64,000 nt of DNA from Eledone cirrhosa (Eukaryota). Position 1 is the stretch's first letter, and each line of letters begins with the position of its first letter. The notes under the pieces are model-generated. The model saw only the letters and a list, made by a program, of their open reading frames with translations. It did not search any database and was not told the origin of the DNA. The stretch spans positions 41,478,001 to 41,542,000 of the forward strand of contig OZ024743.1 of NCBI GenBank assembly GCA_964016885.1, written 5' to 3'. Made by a program: the position numbers and the translations under genes. Below are positions 46,792 through 60,752 of this stretch, piece by piece.

Positions 46792-49700
46792 GGCGATCTA
46801 CGTAGTAAATCGTATCATCGTGAGCTCCGCAAAGGTTTGTTATTTTCAGTTATTTAAAATTGCCATTTATGGAAAATTTGTATTGTTAACTATATATAAG
46901 TGCACATACATTGATTGATGAAAAGGACACTCAAAAATATTGGGGCCTTGAGCCCAAAATTTAAACTTTTTATAATTATCAATCAAAAAATGTTTTCTTT
47001 GAAAAATAATGGATGACTCAGATTTAATCCTACCTCACAATCCAACACCTCACACCGACACCACCATTGTAAACATTGCTACGTTTGCCAACACTGGAAT
47101 TGTAAGCAGTAGCAATATTTTAAATTTGTCTCAGGCAGACGTTAATTTCCCGCCATTACCAATGACTGCAGGTGTTAAAGCCGCCCCCCCCCCACACCCC
47201 ACACACACACCACCACCAGAGCGACAACAAAAACAAAAGAAAAAAATTAACTCATGATATCGAAATGAATTCAACCAAAATGAACTATTCCATACCGAAC
47301 ACCACTGACACCACCACCACCACAACTGAAACTAAAATTAACAATAGCAAAAATAACGATAATAACAACAGCAACAATGAAATTAAGACAACTACCCTGA
47401 GTTTTGCCAGAGTAGCAAAAACGTGTGAAGCGATTCAGTTAACTCAGGAAGAATTAGACGAAACCAAAGGAATGGTAAAGAAAGATGGGTACAGGGTCAG
47501 CCCCCCTCCCACCTAATAAAATGGAGCAACGTCGCCTATGCACCGTGTCTTATCGGACAATAAACATACAATCGCGCCGAGTGGAACGGGCATCTGAGTC
47601 CCAAATCCAAAAAGCTTTGGGACATGTGTGGGCAAAAAAACCCACATCAGACGTGGGCAGAAGTATGGAACCGTGGACGTGTTCTTTGAAACACCACAGG
47701 AGGCCAGAGAACACTCCATGGCCCCATTAAGAAGTGACGACTTCACACTCATCCCAAGCTATTGTGGCCAGAGACTTGTGAAGATCAGGGTGACCCACGT
47801 TCCACCGGCCATCGAAATTCCCTGGCTAATGGCTGCCGTCCTCGCCGGCATCGAGGCGAACAACAAAATAATAGAAATAGCAAAAGAAAAGCAGGAGAAC
47901 TAGTCCGGGTCTGGAATGGAGCTCCTGATCCAAGCAGACAATAAAAGCATTGAAGAGATCCCAGAGGTAATATACCTCACTGACAGCAGCCACCTCACCG
48001 TAGTCGTCGAGGGCAGAAGACCTAGGTGTGTCGTTTGTGGTGAAGGAATCTACCTAAGCGCTTTCTGCCCTCAGGCTAAAAGGTTGAGGCCACCTCTCTT
48101 ACCCACCCCAGTGACTCAACCATCAACACCACCAGCAGCAGAAAGGGCAGCAACAACTGTAGCAGCAACAACAGAAGCAACTGTAACAGCAACAACCCCA
48201 GCAACAGTAGCAAAACAAACACCACCACCACCCAACGTCCTAGAACTAGCACCAGCGCCTACACCATCCACCAGGCCACAAACAAAACCAACGCCTGTGG
48301 AGGATTTTCCACTCCCCGGCTAATCGCAACTGGAGACAGATTGTGAAGACGAGGAGTGGGAAACCGAATCAGGAAAAAAGAAAATAAAAAACAAAAAAGA
48401 AAAAATTCTCTTCCTCCCCCCTCAAAAAACAAAATACAGAGGGAAACAAATAAATTATCGAACAAGAAAGTTAAGACAGATATGCCACCATCTACACCAG
48501 CATCACCAACCCCATCACCACAAACACCAATACCATCACCATCATTAACCCCAACACCACCATCACCAACACCACAACATTCACCAAAAAGCGTAACAGG
48601 TACAAACCCACAACAGACGCAAACAAAACAAAACAACCAAAACGATACACACTACACAGCATTAAATTTGAACAACAACCAATTATTACACTACATGAAA
48701 AACAACACCAGCATCACAGAAAAAGACTACACAACAACCCACACATACAAATCACTCGCATCACACAGAAAACGTACATGACACTAAAACAAAAAATCAC
48801 CAAAGACATCGGAGACTTCCGACAAACAGTCTCCAGGGGGATTTATAAGGACATCCTTCCGGAGGAGGCCACAAGCAGTGAAAAGGATGGACAAACCATC
48901 CTTCCTCTACGAGAAGTAAGGTAAGTGGTCTTTCCCATCTTTTCCACTCCATTTCAACATGACCTCAATCAGAATAGGCAGCATAAATGCACGTGGCTTG
49001 GGGTCGTCATGGAAGCAGGGCCACCTGCTCAACGACCCCAGGTCACTAAACATAGATGTAGTGGCTATCAGCGAGACCAGAATCTCTGAAGCACGGGCCT
49101 TCGCACCGATCTTCGGCGGCTACGATGTGTACGATTTGTCCATCCTTTTCACTGCTTGTGGTCTCCTCCAGTCGTCCTGGATCGGGCGGAGGAGTTGCTG
49201 TGCTTTTTCGGAGAGGTTTGGATCTCGCCATACGAGCCATCTTCCTGGACCCAGAAGGTAAGTTGGTGGTGCTAGACGTGACCAGCGGAGACGGGCAAGC
49301 TTTCAGGCTAGTGGCCGTCTATGCCCCGACAGGAGCAAGGCGGCCTGATTTCTTCCGGCGTCTGGCGACCTTTCTTGGAACGTCCCGCTCTTTAGTGTTA
49401 GTGGGCGACTGGAACGGGATCTTAGATGCAAACTGGCACTGTGTGGGATTAGCGGATAGGGGAGGAGGGTGCAAGAGCCTCACCAACCTGCTCAGGCGTT
49501 TTGAACTGTCTGACAGGTACCCATTGGATTTCCCGAATGTGCCAATGTGGACTTGGACAAATCGCATAGGGTCATCCAGATCATATCTAGATAGAGTATT
49601 TTGTAGAGAAATAGATAGGTCTAGCATAGGCTGACCACAATTCAAGATAGTCAGCTACATGGACCACACATTCGTGATCTGTGTACTTGACTTAGATAGG

Positions 49701-52641
49701 CTTCATAGACGAGGACCCGGCTACTGGAAGCTAACGCGTCCTTACCAGCGCGCAAGGCCTACAGAGACCTGATTAGCGAACTAGTTAAGCGGGCGTTGAC
49801 CGGGGCCATAGTCAACCACAAGTGGTGGTTTGCTCTGAAAAGATAATTAGAATAGAGTCCATTAGTTTTAGTAAGGCTTTAGCAATAGAGAAAAATAGAG
49901 CAGAGGGAGAACTAGTTAGAAAATTAGACGAGGCGCTTAGCAAAGGCATCGCGACCCACGTTCTTGCGGCGAAAATGGCCCATGACCAATTCTTCAATGC
50001 AAAGCACGAAGGCTGCGTTGTCAGAGCTAGGGTGCGTGCTCTCAGACACGAGGGGACGAAAGCCGTTCAATGGGCCTGAGTGGCGGAGGTGCATCGTGGC
50101 AACAAAGCCACGATCCTGTCTTTGGTGGACCTGGACCGGCGCATGCTACTCGATCCCGAGCAAATGCGTGAAGCTCTTCAGCGACACTTCGCTCAGTTGT
50201 TCGGGGGCAACGGCGGGCCGGATCGAGGATGGACTTTAGTGTCTACCTCGACGGCCTGCCGCAGCTCTCGGCCACTGAGGCGGAGTGTTGCGAAAAGCCG
50301 ATAACAGCCGCTGAAGTACGGGAGGCAATGTCTAGCTGCACAAGGGGTAAATCGCCTGGTTTGGATGGTCTGCCCTATGAACTTTACGTACATATGCCAG
50401 ACTTGTTCGGAGGCCTCTTGGCGGACGTCTACTGCAGCTGGCAAAAGAACGGGAGTTCTGTGAGCCGAGGAGCTGTGGCGCTGCTGAGAAAGGATCCGAA
50501 CAAGGGGGATAACATAGATAATTTCCGGCCCATAACTCTGCTAAACACAGAGTTCAAGATTTTGGCCGAGGTGCTATCAAAATGGTTGGCGCTTGTCGTT
50601 GGTGGTCTGGTGAGAGAGGCGCAGACATGCGCCATTCCCGACAGATCCATCCACGACAACCTCCACCTGATGCGATACATCGTAGAGTGGGTAGCTAGGG
50701 AACCTGTCACGGGTGGGTCCTTGATCAATTTAGATCAGTCGAAAGCTTTCGATAGGGTCGACCATCGTTACCTAGCGGCAGTCCTGAGGGCGGCTGGCTT
50801 TGGGCCCGTCTTCAGAGGCTTGATCGCTGCCATGCACAGCGACATCTGCTCTGTGGTGAGAATGAACGGTCACCTTTCGGAACCGTTCAACATCATGTGC
50901 TCGGTCCGCCAAGGATGTCCCTCTCGTCCCTCTTGTACGTATTGACTCTCCTAGCCATTACTGCACAAACTGGAGACGTTGAGGGGCGTCCCGCGCGAAC
51001 TAGGATGCGGAAGGTCCGTGTCAGCATATGCGGACGATGTCACCGTAGTGGTGTCGAAAGCCAAACACATCGAGGCGATCGGAACTACACTAAGAGAATA
51101 CGAAGCGGTGACAGGAGCAATGATCAACCAGGAAAAGTCAGTGGGCCTGTAGTTCGGCACCTGGAGAGGCATGTCCATGCCGTCCAACAGCGTTGTCGGG
51201 CGCTGGACGGACGGACCAGTCAAGTTGCTCGGGGTCTGGTTCGGTCCGGATGTCCAGACGGACAAAAACTGGGACGAGGTGACGAGCAAGGTGGCTTCTC
51301 TCACCCAGAAATGGGTCGAGAGGAAGCTATCCCTGAAAGGTCGAGCGGAGGTGGCTAACGCGTATATCGCCTCCGTCATCTACTACCGCCTGACCGTCGT
51401 ACCTTGTCCTAAGCCTCGCCTGACTGCGCTGGAGCATTTGCTCTTTCGCTTTTTGTTGAAGGGACGCGCTCCGATGGTCAGGCGGTCCATCTGCTGTCAA
51501 CACCCGCTACGTGGAGGGCTGGGAATGCCGTGGCTGATGATGCGTAGACACGCGCTCAGGCTACGACATCTCCACCTGTTCTTCGACGGTGATCAGATGT
51601 GGTTGCCGTTTGCTAGACACATTTCCCCAGCTCGTCTCCTTGACGGAGCTGCAGTCCTGGGTCAAGCGAAGACCGAGAGGGAGCGCTTGGAGACTGGAAT
51701 GTCTTCAGGCGCTCACAGCCCTCAACCAATCCGGCAATGTGATCGGTGGAAACTCCACCTTGCCGTTCTATAGAGGATTAGTGGAAGGGAAGAGCGACGA
51801 CGTACTTTGGGAAACTCTAGGCGTCGACGAAAATCAACTAGCCAATCTCTTCGGAAGAACTTTCGGGCCGGGGCCTATGGACAACTTCCAGAAATCCCTG
51901 GCCTGGCAGTGCTACCGAGGAGCTTTGCCAGTTCGGGATAAACTCTACAGGCATGGAGGTGCCGTCAGCGGGGCATGTCCGAGATGCGTGCAGGGCGACG
52001 AAACCGTCCTGCACGCACACGTCCAGTGTCTAGAGCATTGCTGACTTGTGGGTTTATGTTGAACACCTGCTGTCGCGTGTGGGACGGATCCAGCTATCAG
52101 CTGGGTCCATCGTGAGGATTGCCCCGCCCTCTTCCTTTAGCCGGGAAGGGCAGGCAGTTTTTACCGGTCTGGTGGCCATGGCGAAAGAGATAGTATGGTG
52201 GACACGTTTGAAAGGGCTGAAGACGAGCACTAACCTCTCGAAGCCCTGATTAACTTTTTCAAATTTCATCTGAAAAGGAAAATCAGGGTAGAGAGGGAAG
52301 TGCTCTCTTCCCAGCATTTTGTTGAAAGATGGGTGAGAGAGGCAAGAATGGCTCGAGTGAATGGGCCTACTCTGAGTATGTGTCTGTAAATTAAAGGTGG
52401 AAAACTGGGAGAGGGCACTTGCCCTGGAGGTCAGGGTCACTGTGGCTTTTTAATGGGCTTTCTCCACGAATGTCCCTCGGAAGTTTCCCCCTAATGGGGA
52501 ATTTTTTCATTGTTCTATTATTACATCCTCTGTTTCTTGTTTTTTTTTACACGCAGAAATGCCCATTTGTACAATCCTGTATTGTCCTGTACTGTCCTTA
52601 ATGTCTACTTTATATAAACCCTTGTGGTTAATAAAGAAATC
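46792..52641 (+). mobile_element. Tx1 copy with type B 5' UTR/ORF1 and type A ORF2; full length, disrupted
   Basis: ORF1 47009..48924 and ORF2 48959..52389 with stops and frameshifts; tail is (ATT)n then (GTA)n to ~52751. Confidence 0.92.
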
Positions 52642-52683
52642 ATTATTATTATTATTATTATTATTATTGTTGTAGTAGTAGTT

Positions 52684-52752
<69 letters not shown>

Positions 52753-53410
52753 ATATTAACACTCCGAACACAAAACAATACTTGTCCCAGAACCAAATTA
52801 AAAGTGAATTGTTGAAATGTGAAGCAATATTGATCTATTTTAATTGTCATTGCTTTAAATCAGCCGTTGGGATGGCACTTGACCATGTGTTCGATCAACT
52901 GAATGACCAACACCTTACAAATGTTTTGAACATTACATAAACATGTGTAACTTGAATGTACTTCTGTAGTGAGAATCACGGTGTTATTGTGAATTATAGC
53001 TGCAGCTTTGAATTGCAAGCACAGTGCTCTGGAAGAAATACGGAGGCATTTACTCCGATGAGCTAACGACAATTGGTTGAAAACAGAAGAGTGAAGTTAG
53101 AATAAAAATTAGAATAAAAACAAAATCGGAAGATTACTAAGAATCTTTGCAATATACAAAATAATTGACTAGGGAAATTTTACCACTGACGCCTTAATTG
53201 TAAAGATCAAATACATACATATACACATATACAAACACACTTCCACCAACACATTTTCCTGTGGGTGTATGAATATGCGTGTATCCGTGGTTCAATCGGG
53301 GTAACCACAGTAAATTAATGTACTCAATACATAGCAGCGTATAAATATTTAATATACATTTGGCTTCTACAGGACTAGAACATTCATTCGAAGGAAGTCA
53401 TTAGGAAAAC

Positions 53411-53456
<46 letters not shown>

Positions 53457-53531
53457 CAGATTAAAGTTTAAACAATGAATCGCTGCTTTCACTCTTAACG
53501 GGATCTTCTAAAACTATATATATATATATAT

Positions 53532-54265
53532 AGAAAAAAGAGATGAAATCGAAAATGCAACTGGAGTCTTATTTTTTTTTTTAAATATATATATTTATTT
53601 GGTTCCTTTACCGGTTTCGCAGTTCTTCTGCTTTTCAAAAGGTGAGTTGAGATGGAGGGTCTGTGGTTCTTCTCACATCTGGTTAGTCTCTGAATGTTAC
53701 TTGTTTTATATGGAAAAAGTGGCTCGAAATGCCAGGTTTTTCGAGAAGTAATTTGATTGGTTTGTAAATAATTATAATAAGTTTCGCGCCAGTTCGCGTT
53801 ACAATAGTTCTTCAAATAAGAGGGGGGGGGGGGGGGGTTGTCACAGGTTGTTTTTTCATATATGAGTGTTTGAATTTCTTTTTACTTGAAAAAAGGAGGC
53901 TCACGAAGGCCTTTTTTTTGGTGGGTTATAAATGAATTTATGGCTGTCAGGTGAACAAATTTTCATTAAATTTGTGTGCCCTTATTTGGAAATCCATTCA
54001 GTAGCCTTTTTAGAGAATTTTTTTATAATTATTGACAAACCAATCAAATTACTTCTCGAAAAACCTGGCATTTCGAGCCACTTTTTCCATATAAAACAAG
54101 TAACATTCAGAGACCAACCAGATGTGAGAAAAACCACAGACCCTCCATCTCAACTCACCTTTTGAAAAGCAGAAGAAATGCGAAACCGGTTAAGGAACCA
54201 AATAAATATATATATTTAAAAAAAAATAAGACTCCAGTTGCATTTTCGATTTCATCTCTTTTTCT
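53532..54265. mobile_element. PLE remnant with ~245-bp inverted repeats
   Basis: 53532..53777 approximates the reverse complement of 54023..54265. Each arm has a variant hammerhead. Spacer peptide LSGEQIFIKFVCPYL weakly resembles a GIY-YIG C-terminus. Confidence 0.7.
53605..53642 (-). ncRNA. minimal hammerhead, U3-A8 core variant
   Basis: cctt-TTGAAAA-gcag(aagaa)ctgc-GAAA-ccgg-TA-aagg; mutated mirror copy at 54158..54195 (+). Confidence 0.65.
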
Positions 54266-54329
54266 TTATACTTTCACTCGTGTAGGACACCTCGGTTATT
54301 TTTCATTTTGTAAAAAAAACCTCACTTTC

Positions 54330-54368
<39 letters not shown>

Positions 54369-54403
54369 GTGTGTGTGTGTGCGTGTGTGCGTGTGTGTGT
54401 GTG

Positions 54404-54510
<107 letters not shown>

Positions 54511-54998
54511 AAGGGTGTTGTTAACAAAAACAGAGAATACTGTATCAGGCGGCTGGAGGGAAGGAAAAATTAAGGAAAAAAGAAAAAGTCAGCACAAACA
54601 GTCATGTGGATAGTAGACACCATGGCGACCAAACAACTTTGCAACACAACAGAAACCACAAGATGGAAGATATAAGAACGGAAGAAAATCAATAATAATG
54701 TTATGTCTGTAGGGTGAGGGGGGGATTGATGTAAGTTATGGTGTGAGAGAACAGGTAGATGGCGTGTGCATGTGTGTCAGTGTGTGAGAGAGATAGAATA
54801 AGAGTGTTAGTGTGAGAAAAGGGAGATAGAGAGAAAGAGAAAGTGAGAGCGAATGTAAGTGATGCGAAAGAGAGTAAGAAACAGAGTGTGCCTGATGAAG
54901 ATTCAGACAATGATATAGAGAAAGAAAGAGAGATAGAGAGGGAGAAATGAGAAAGAGAGAGATTGAGAGGGAGAGATATATAGAGAGAGAGACAGAGA

Positions 54999-55095
<97 letters not shown>

Positions 55096-55770
55096 TATGT
55101 TAAATAATACATTATTTAGAAAATGTTGAGCAACATCAAACAAGTTGAAGTATTGTTTACATTTCAACATACATCCTATTTCAGATTTATCTCAACATCT
55201 TAAGAGATGGTAAGGGAAGAAAATTGAGCACCCATGGCCGTTTTAATTCGCTTGTTACTATAATTTTATTGAAACAAATTGTGTATGATTTTAAAATAGT
55301 CTATAACTAATATATTGTCTCAGAAATAAATTAGTTATAGACAATTTTAAAATTATGATAGGAGCCTTTGAATAAAACAAAATGTATTGTATTATATAAC
55401 CCGGGCAACTCTGCTTTGAGCAGTTAGGTAAGAAAAGTATCTAGGACTACTTAAACTGGTGAAACAAAGGGCTATTTTTTCCGCTGCCTGAATGGTCAAA
55501 ACTCACAATAACCAGGTTGTGATATTCCATTTATGTCTACCACCCCAAAATAAGAATGGTTCACCGGACGAGAATCTTGCATAAAATCTACCTGTACAGA
55601 GTTTCATTAATAAATGCGAGGTTATAGTAGAAAGAAAAGGAAAGTGAATATACTTTTCTGATGATGTTGCGTATTAGAATTGATCCGGTAGCACAATAAT
55701 TACGGAAACTTACGTATAGATAATTATCCAACTTTTATTTTACATATATTTATAAATAAATATCTTTAAT

Positions 55771-55809
<39 letters not shown>

Positions 55810-55849
55810 ACAAACAAATACACATGCACACACACATATTCGCTCACAT

Positions 55850-55892
<43 letters not shown>

Positions 55893-56240
55893 GTATTTGC
55901 TGGCATGGGCGTGCATCTGTGCGCTTATGTTAGTTGATATATTAAATTATCTATATTTATCTCCAAATCACTGATTTGTCGAGCAAACTTGTCAAAACCA
56001 CTTCTAAAAAAATTTTTTTTTGGGGTGTTAGTAGGCGTCAGTCATCTTACCATCCCATTCCTTCTAACTAGCCTCTGTGTCACGTGATTGATTCTTTAGA
56101 ATCGGCCATTTGACTTGAAGCAGTGAGAATTTCGGTACATAGAATCCAGTCCTCGCAAGCTGTTCGATCTACCGAATTATTATTATTTTTATATGAGCCG
56201 CCAGTGTCCGCGCATTGCCTGGAGACTTAACTGAGAATAG

Positions 56241-56322
56241 ACTCCCTGATGACGCAATGAATTCTCGACAGTTGGATTACGTAACTGTCTTTATCCCATT
56301 GCAGAAACTAATTAGTTGGAGT
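56241..56322 (+). ncRNA. type I hammerhead motif
   Basis: actcc-CTGATGA-cgcaatg...cattgca-GAAA-ctaattag-TT-ggagt. Confidence 0.72.
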
Positions 56323-56388
56323 GAAAATTTAAGTAAGAAAAAAATTTTTTTTAAATTTTTTTAAAAAAATATTTTCTTATTTTACGTC

Positions 56389-56499
<111 letters not shown>

Positions 56500-56649
56500 T
56501 ATATACATATATGTTGGTGCATATATATAGTTAATACAAAAAGAAAACCAGGATGGCTATTCCAAATTCGTCTTTAATCTCAACAATTATATTTGTATAA
56601 GATATTTATGCTGTGGCCTACAGAGTTTTCAGTTGTAAGCGTCTAAATA

Positions 56650-57510
56650 CATTGGAGTACACTTTTCATTGGACTTGGATTCCTGCATAATGTAGACTCT
56701 AATAACGCATTGAGCTTTAATCACCTTATCAAAAACACTAGTTGGTCTTGCCCGTAATATATGTCCTAAAACATTCTAACCGAGGGTCCATAGTGATGGA
56801 ATTGTGATTTCCCAATTCGGAGAAGTAGCAGCTCTAACAAGACCCACTCTCTGATCTCCGAGCTACGGACACTTTTGAGTAACGTTACTCCTCAGACCCA
56901 TCGGAGGAACACAATTTCGATTGTTTGCATTCGTGATCATATTCTTTCGGTCTTGACCATAGGTAAGGTTTGGCAGGAATATCAAATTGAAGATAGATTT
57001 TGGCTTTGACGCATACCTGTTTCTTCTGGTTACTGATTCTGAAGTTAGCACATTACTGCATCAGCTTCTGCAATTCTTGCACTTAACTCAGCCTCCTGCT
57101 TTCAATAAATAGTTCACACAGCACCTAGATACTTGAATTTCTCTACCTGCTTCAGTGCAACTCCATTCACATGTATAGTACACTGCACAGGCTTCCATGA
57201 GAGTCCGAGTGACTCAGTTTTCGCAGCACTGATTTTCATTCCAGGCATGCATAACTGGGCATCAAACCTATCAAGTGCAAGTCAAAGATAATCTTCTGTT
57301 GAGTTAAGTAACACCATGTCGTCTGCAAATTCCAGCCGACTGATTTTACACCTGACTCCCACATTTAATGGTTTCGATTTTGCATCATTTATTCGAACAC
57401 AAATACAGGAGCAGCCGTACAGAGACATCATGGCAGTAAGAAGCTGAGCATCGATTCCATACTCCTGCACAACCTTCCACGGCAGATCTCGTGGCCAACC
57501 CAAGCATTGT
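56650..57510 (-). pseudogene. degenerate RTE-clade LINE RT fragment
   Basis: YGIDAQLLTAMMSLY..CVRIN, LEFADDMVLL, GMKISAAKTE, LKQVEKFKYLG; internally deleted; boundaries approximate. Confidence 0.75.
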
Positions 57511-58059
57511 GGACAGAATTGGGTAGAGAGAGACTGCGTGGAAGCCCAAGTGATATATTGTAACTGTAATTCAATTGTCTAGCCTTATGTACTGTGTCAC
57601 ATAATTTGCTTTCTGAATTACATGATAGGCACACTTTCCCGTGGAATAATCAGCCCATGCAAAATAATTCATGAGTCACATATTCGCTTAATCGAACAAT
57701 AAAATCTTCATTGTTGTAACAGTTTAAAATGAAACTGAATTAAACCAGTGATGAGTCAATTAATTCAGTTTCATTTTAGACTTTTAACTTTATTTCATTT
57801 AGTTATCTCTGAATGTCTCTGAAGTCAAATTTTCAGCAACAAAAATATTTTATTATTGAATAAATTTCTTCTTCATTGTAACAAATTAAATCGTATTTCA
57901 TCAACATTTTAACAAATCCTAATATATAGAATAGTGTTGAATTTGTTTTCTAAACTCATATGGGTGATAATTTCATTGATTTGTTTGTTGATTTGTGTGT
58001 CGGGTTGGCAGTATTTTATATCGTCAATGACTACATTCATTTTAGATTAATAGTTTTAT

Positions 58060-58229
58060 TAGCCCGTAAGACGGACAGAACCACCCGAAGAAGACCCATG
58101 GGCAGACTCCTTGAAAAATTGTTGCATAACAGCCATGAGCTCAGCTAGTCTCACTTGGAGATCCAGCAGGAACAAGTGGCGACGGTTGCTTCTGCCATAA
58201 CCCTCAAGTAGTAGCAGCAGCAGCAGCAC

Positions 58230-58283
<54 letters not shown>
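58060..58283 (+). mobile_element. possible RTE-like 3' end with (TAG)n tail
   Basis: RRRPMGR... and LTW...RNKWRRLL* followed by (cag)n and (tag)n. Confidence 0.4.
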
Positions 58284-60589
58284 ATTTAGTTCAGTGCCTA
58301 AAATTCCTCGGCGGTGTATTCTTGGCTGGTAAACTTAATCCGCTGCTTCATTTTATTCCACCACCAGAGAATTTCGGACGTTCCTGTTAATTCCACGCTG
58401 TTACCAATATCCAGAGTAGTTCACCGATATATAGATACCTTCCCCGTGTCAGTCTCATTCCTCAGGAAACAGTAATATTTAGTAGATTGTTACTACCAAA
58501 GAAAGTATGAAATATTCTATCTATTTTCTACTATTGAAATAGATATTACAATATATTTATGTTTTTTATTTTCTATTTTTCTCTGATAAAATCATTTCTA
58601 ACTTTATCTTATTCTGAATGTCATCGGAATTTGGAGACGTGTATCGATTAGAATATATTCCCGATAATATTTCAATCACATAATCACACATATATGTATT
58701 TTAATCACGTAGGATTTCACTATTAACTGTGCGGATTTTCTACAGCAATTTTTGTATATTAGTTTTACTGTTCAAAGTTTATTTAAGGGTGAAATTGCGC
58801 TGACTTATAAGATCAATTCCTTCATTTATTTCCAATTATCTTACATATACGATTTAATTTACTCTCAATAGCTGCTCCTATAACACACTATAATCACACC
58901 ATGAGGTATATAGTATGATATTGCACTGATTTTTGAAAAGAGCAATGGTGTATGAGAATAACTCATGTTGCTATTGATTTCAATAAAGATTTGATTACAC
59001 AAAATCTCTATCAGTATTCAGTATTGATAAGGAACCCAACTGATAGTATTAAATATATCAAACACAGCATTGCTCTTAAATATTAAAGCTAAAGTAACGA
59101 TCAGGTACTTTTGGATGTTGCTGAAAATAATAACATTCAAAATGTTAACAGAAGCAGTGTAAGTCATTTAGATACGACCATATTTTGTTGAGAACACTAA
59201 ATGATTAAAATAATTTAATTACTATGATTAATAATTTAATTTTCTGTAAGAGATTAAGTCGAGTTGTATTACATAAAAGCCTACAATGTAAATGGATGAA
59301 CAATGATATTTTCTTTTTCTTTCTTTGTTAACGAGTGAAGGGCATTTATAATTAAGGCTTTTCTGAGCACCCATGTCTAGCATAAGAATGCTGTCTTCCA
59401 AGTGGTGACCTGGCTCTAATGTCTGTAACAAAAGACACTCCATTTACTTAGCCAATTGTGAGATGATAATGTCAAACCGAACGACGAAGTAAGTCTGCTA
59501 TCCAACTAAATAATTTTAATTAAGAAGATCCTGATAAAATATCGGAAAGTAACGCAACCAAGACACTAACAATTTCAATACACTCGACAAACAGTTTATT
59601 TTATGAAATGAATCCCGAAAGCTGACCTTGGTAAGACGTGAACTCAGAGCGCAAAGTTTCGTAGAAAATAGTGTGATCAATGTCCACCTACACTCTAAAT
59701 ACTACAATAATTCACCGTCTAGCAATATTGTGTCAGTGCGCAACTAAATATGAAACTTAAATGAATTTAGTCCATTATGAAATGAGTCACTTCTAATATG
59801 ATTCACAAATCAATAATATCACCAATATAATTTGAAGAATGAAGAGTCACTTCGAAGAATAATCAATTTGTAAAATAAAAGAATAGTTGAAAATCTGATG
59901 TGATATTTTTTTTTAACGATGAAGAGGAAATTCATCAAATAATAAAATAATTTGATTTCCGAATATTTTACTCTTGAGACAATCGGAGATAAAGTTAAAA
60001 GTGTAAAATGAAACTAAATTAAACCTGCAGAGGTAAACCAGTTCGGCTTTTGTGTAAGTTTAACAATATAAACAACCAGACTATTTCACGCAATATTACT
60101 TCTACAAAAATGGAAACCAATTGTAAGATCGTTATCTTTCCCGCTATATTCGTTTGAAAAGTGAGTTAATCTTTCACTTGAGAAATGTCTAACCAAATTC
60201 TGCAACTAAAATATTACAATTTAACATGTTTGATGATGCAATGACATATATTTGACAGCATTGCAAAACGACGAAGAATCAAAAAATAAAAAAAATAAAT
60301 AAAGAAACACAATAGAAAAATATTCAATATTCTGATGAATTGATAACTTGATGTAGAATATTATCAAAGCATTGAACAGTTCCACACAAAACGATGGTAT
60401 TGGAATGGAATGCAGTTACTTTTGATGCTGAGGGTTCCAATTTTTCGATAACGAAAACAGACTACTTTTAAAAAAAATTAGTATTCAAGTTGCTGAACAT
60501 TCCAGAGTTCCTTGCACTACTTAACGTACCATTGCATTTCTGCCTGAGTCAGCGACAAAAGGTTTGGTCATTTGAAAAACAGATACAAC

Positions 60590-60752
60590 CCATCCGACAG
60601 TCTTTTAATTTGTTTCTGTCTGCCTAATTTCATACACACGACTGTGGTCAGCCCGAGGCTATGGTAAATGATACTTGCACAAGATATCACGCAGTTTTAT
60701 TGGTCGTAAAATCTTATGATTACGAAGCCTAATTCTTAAATATTCATCCATG
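60590..60752 (-). mobile_element. degenerate SINE
   Basis: gtggtcagcccgaggctatggtaaatgatacttgcacaag resembles an abundant octopus SINE core (from memory). Confidence 0.5.

Noticed and set aside
14645-52751. CRISPR-like repeat-spacer array
   Set aside because: The recurring units are microsatellites separating kilobase retroelements in eukaryotic DNA; no cas genes.
57725-57778. 19-bp perfect hairpin (similar ones at ~55289..55352 and ~5818..5893) as miRNA precursors
   Set aside because: Short hairpins are common in this DNA; no supporting evidence.
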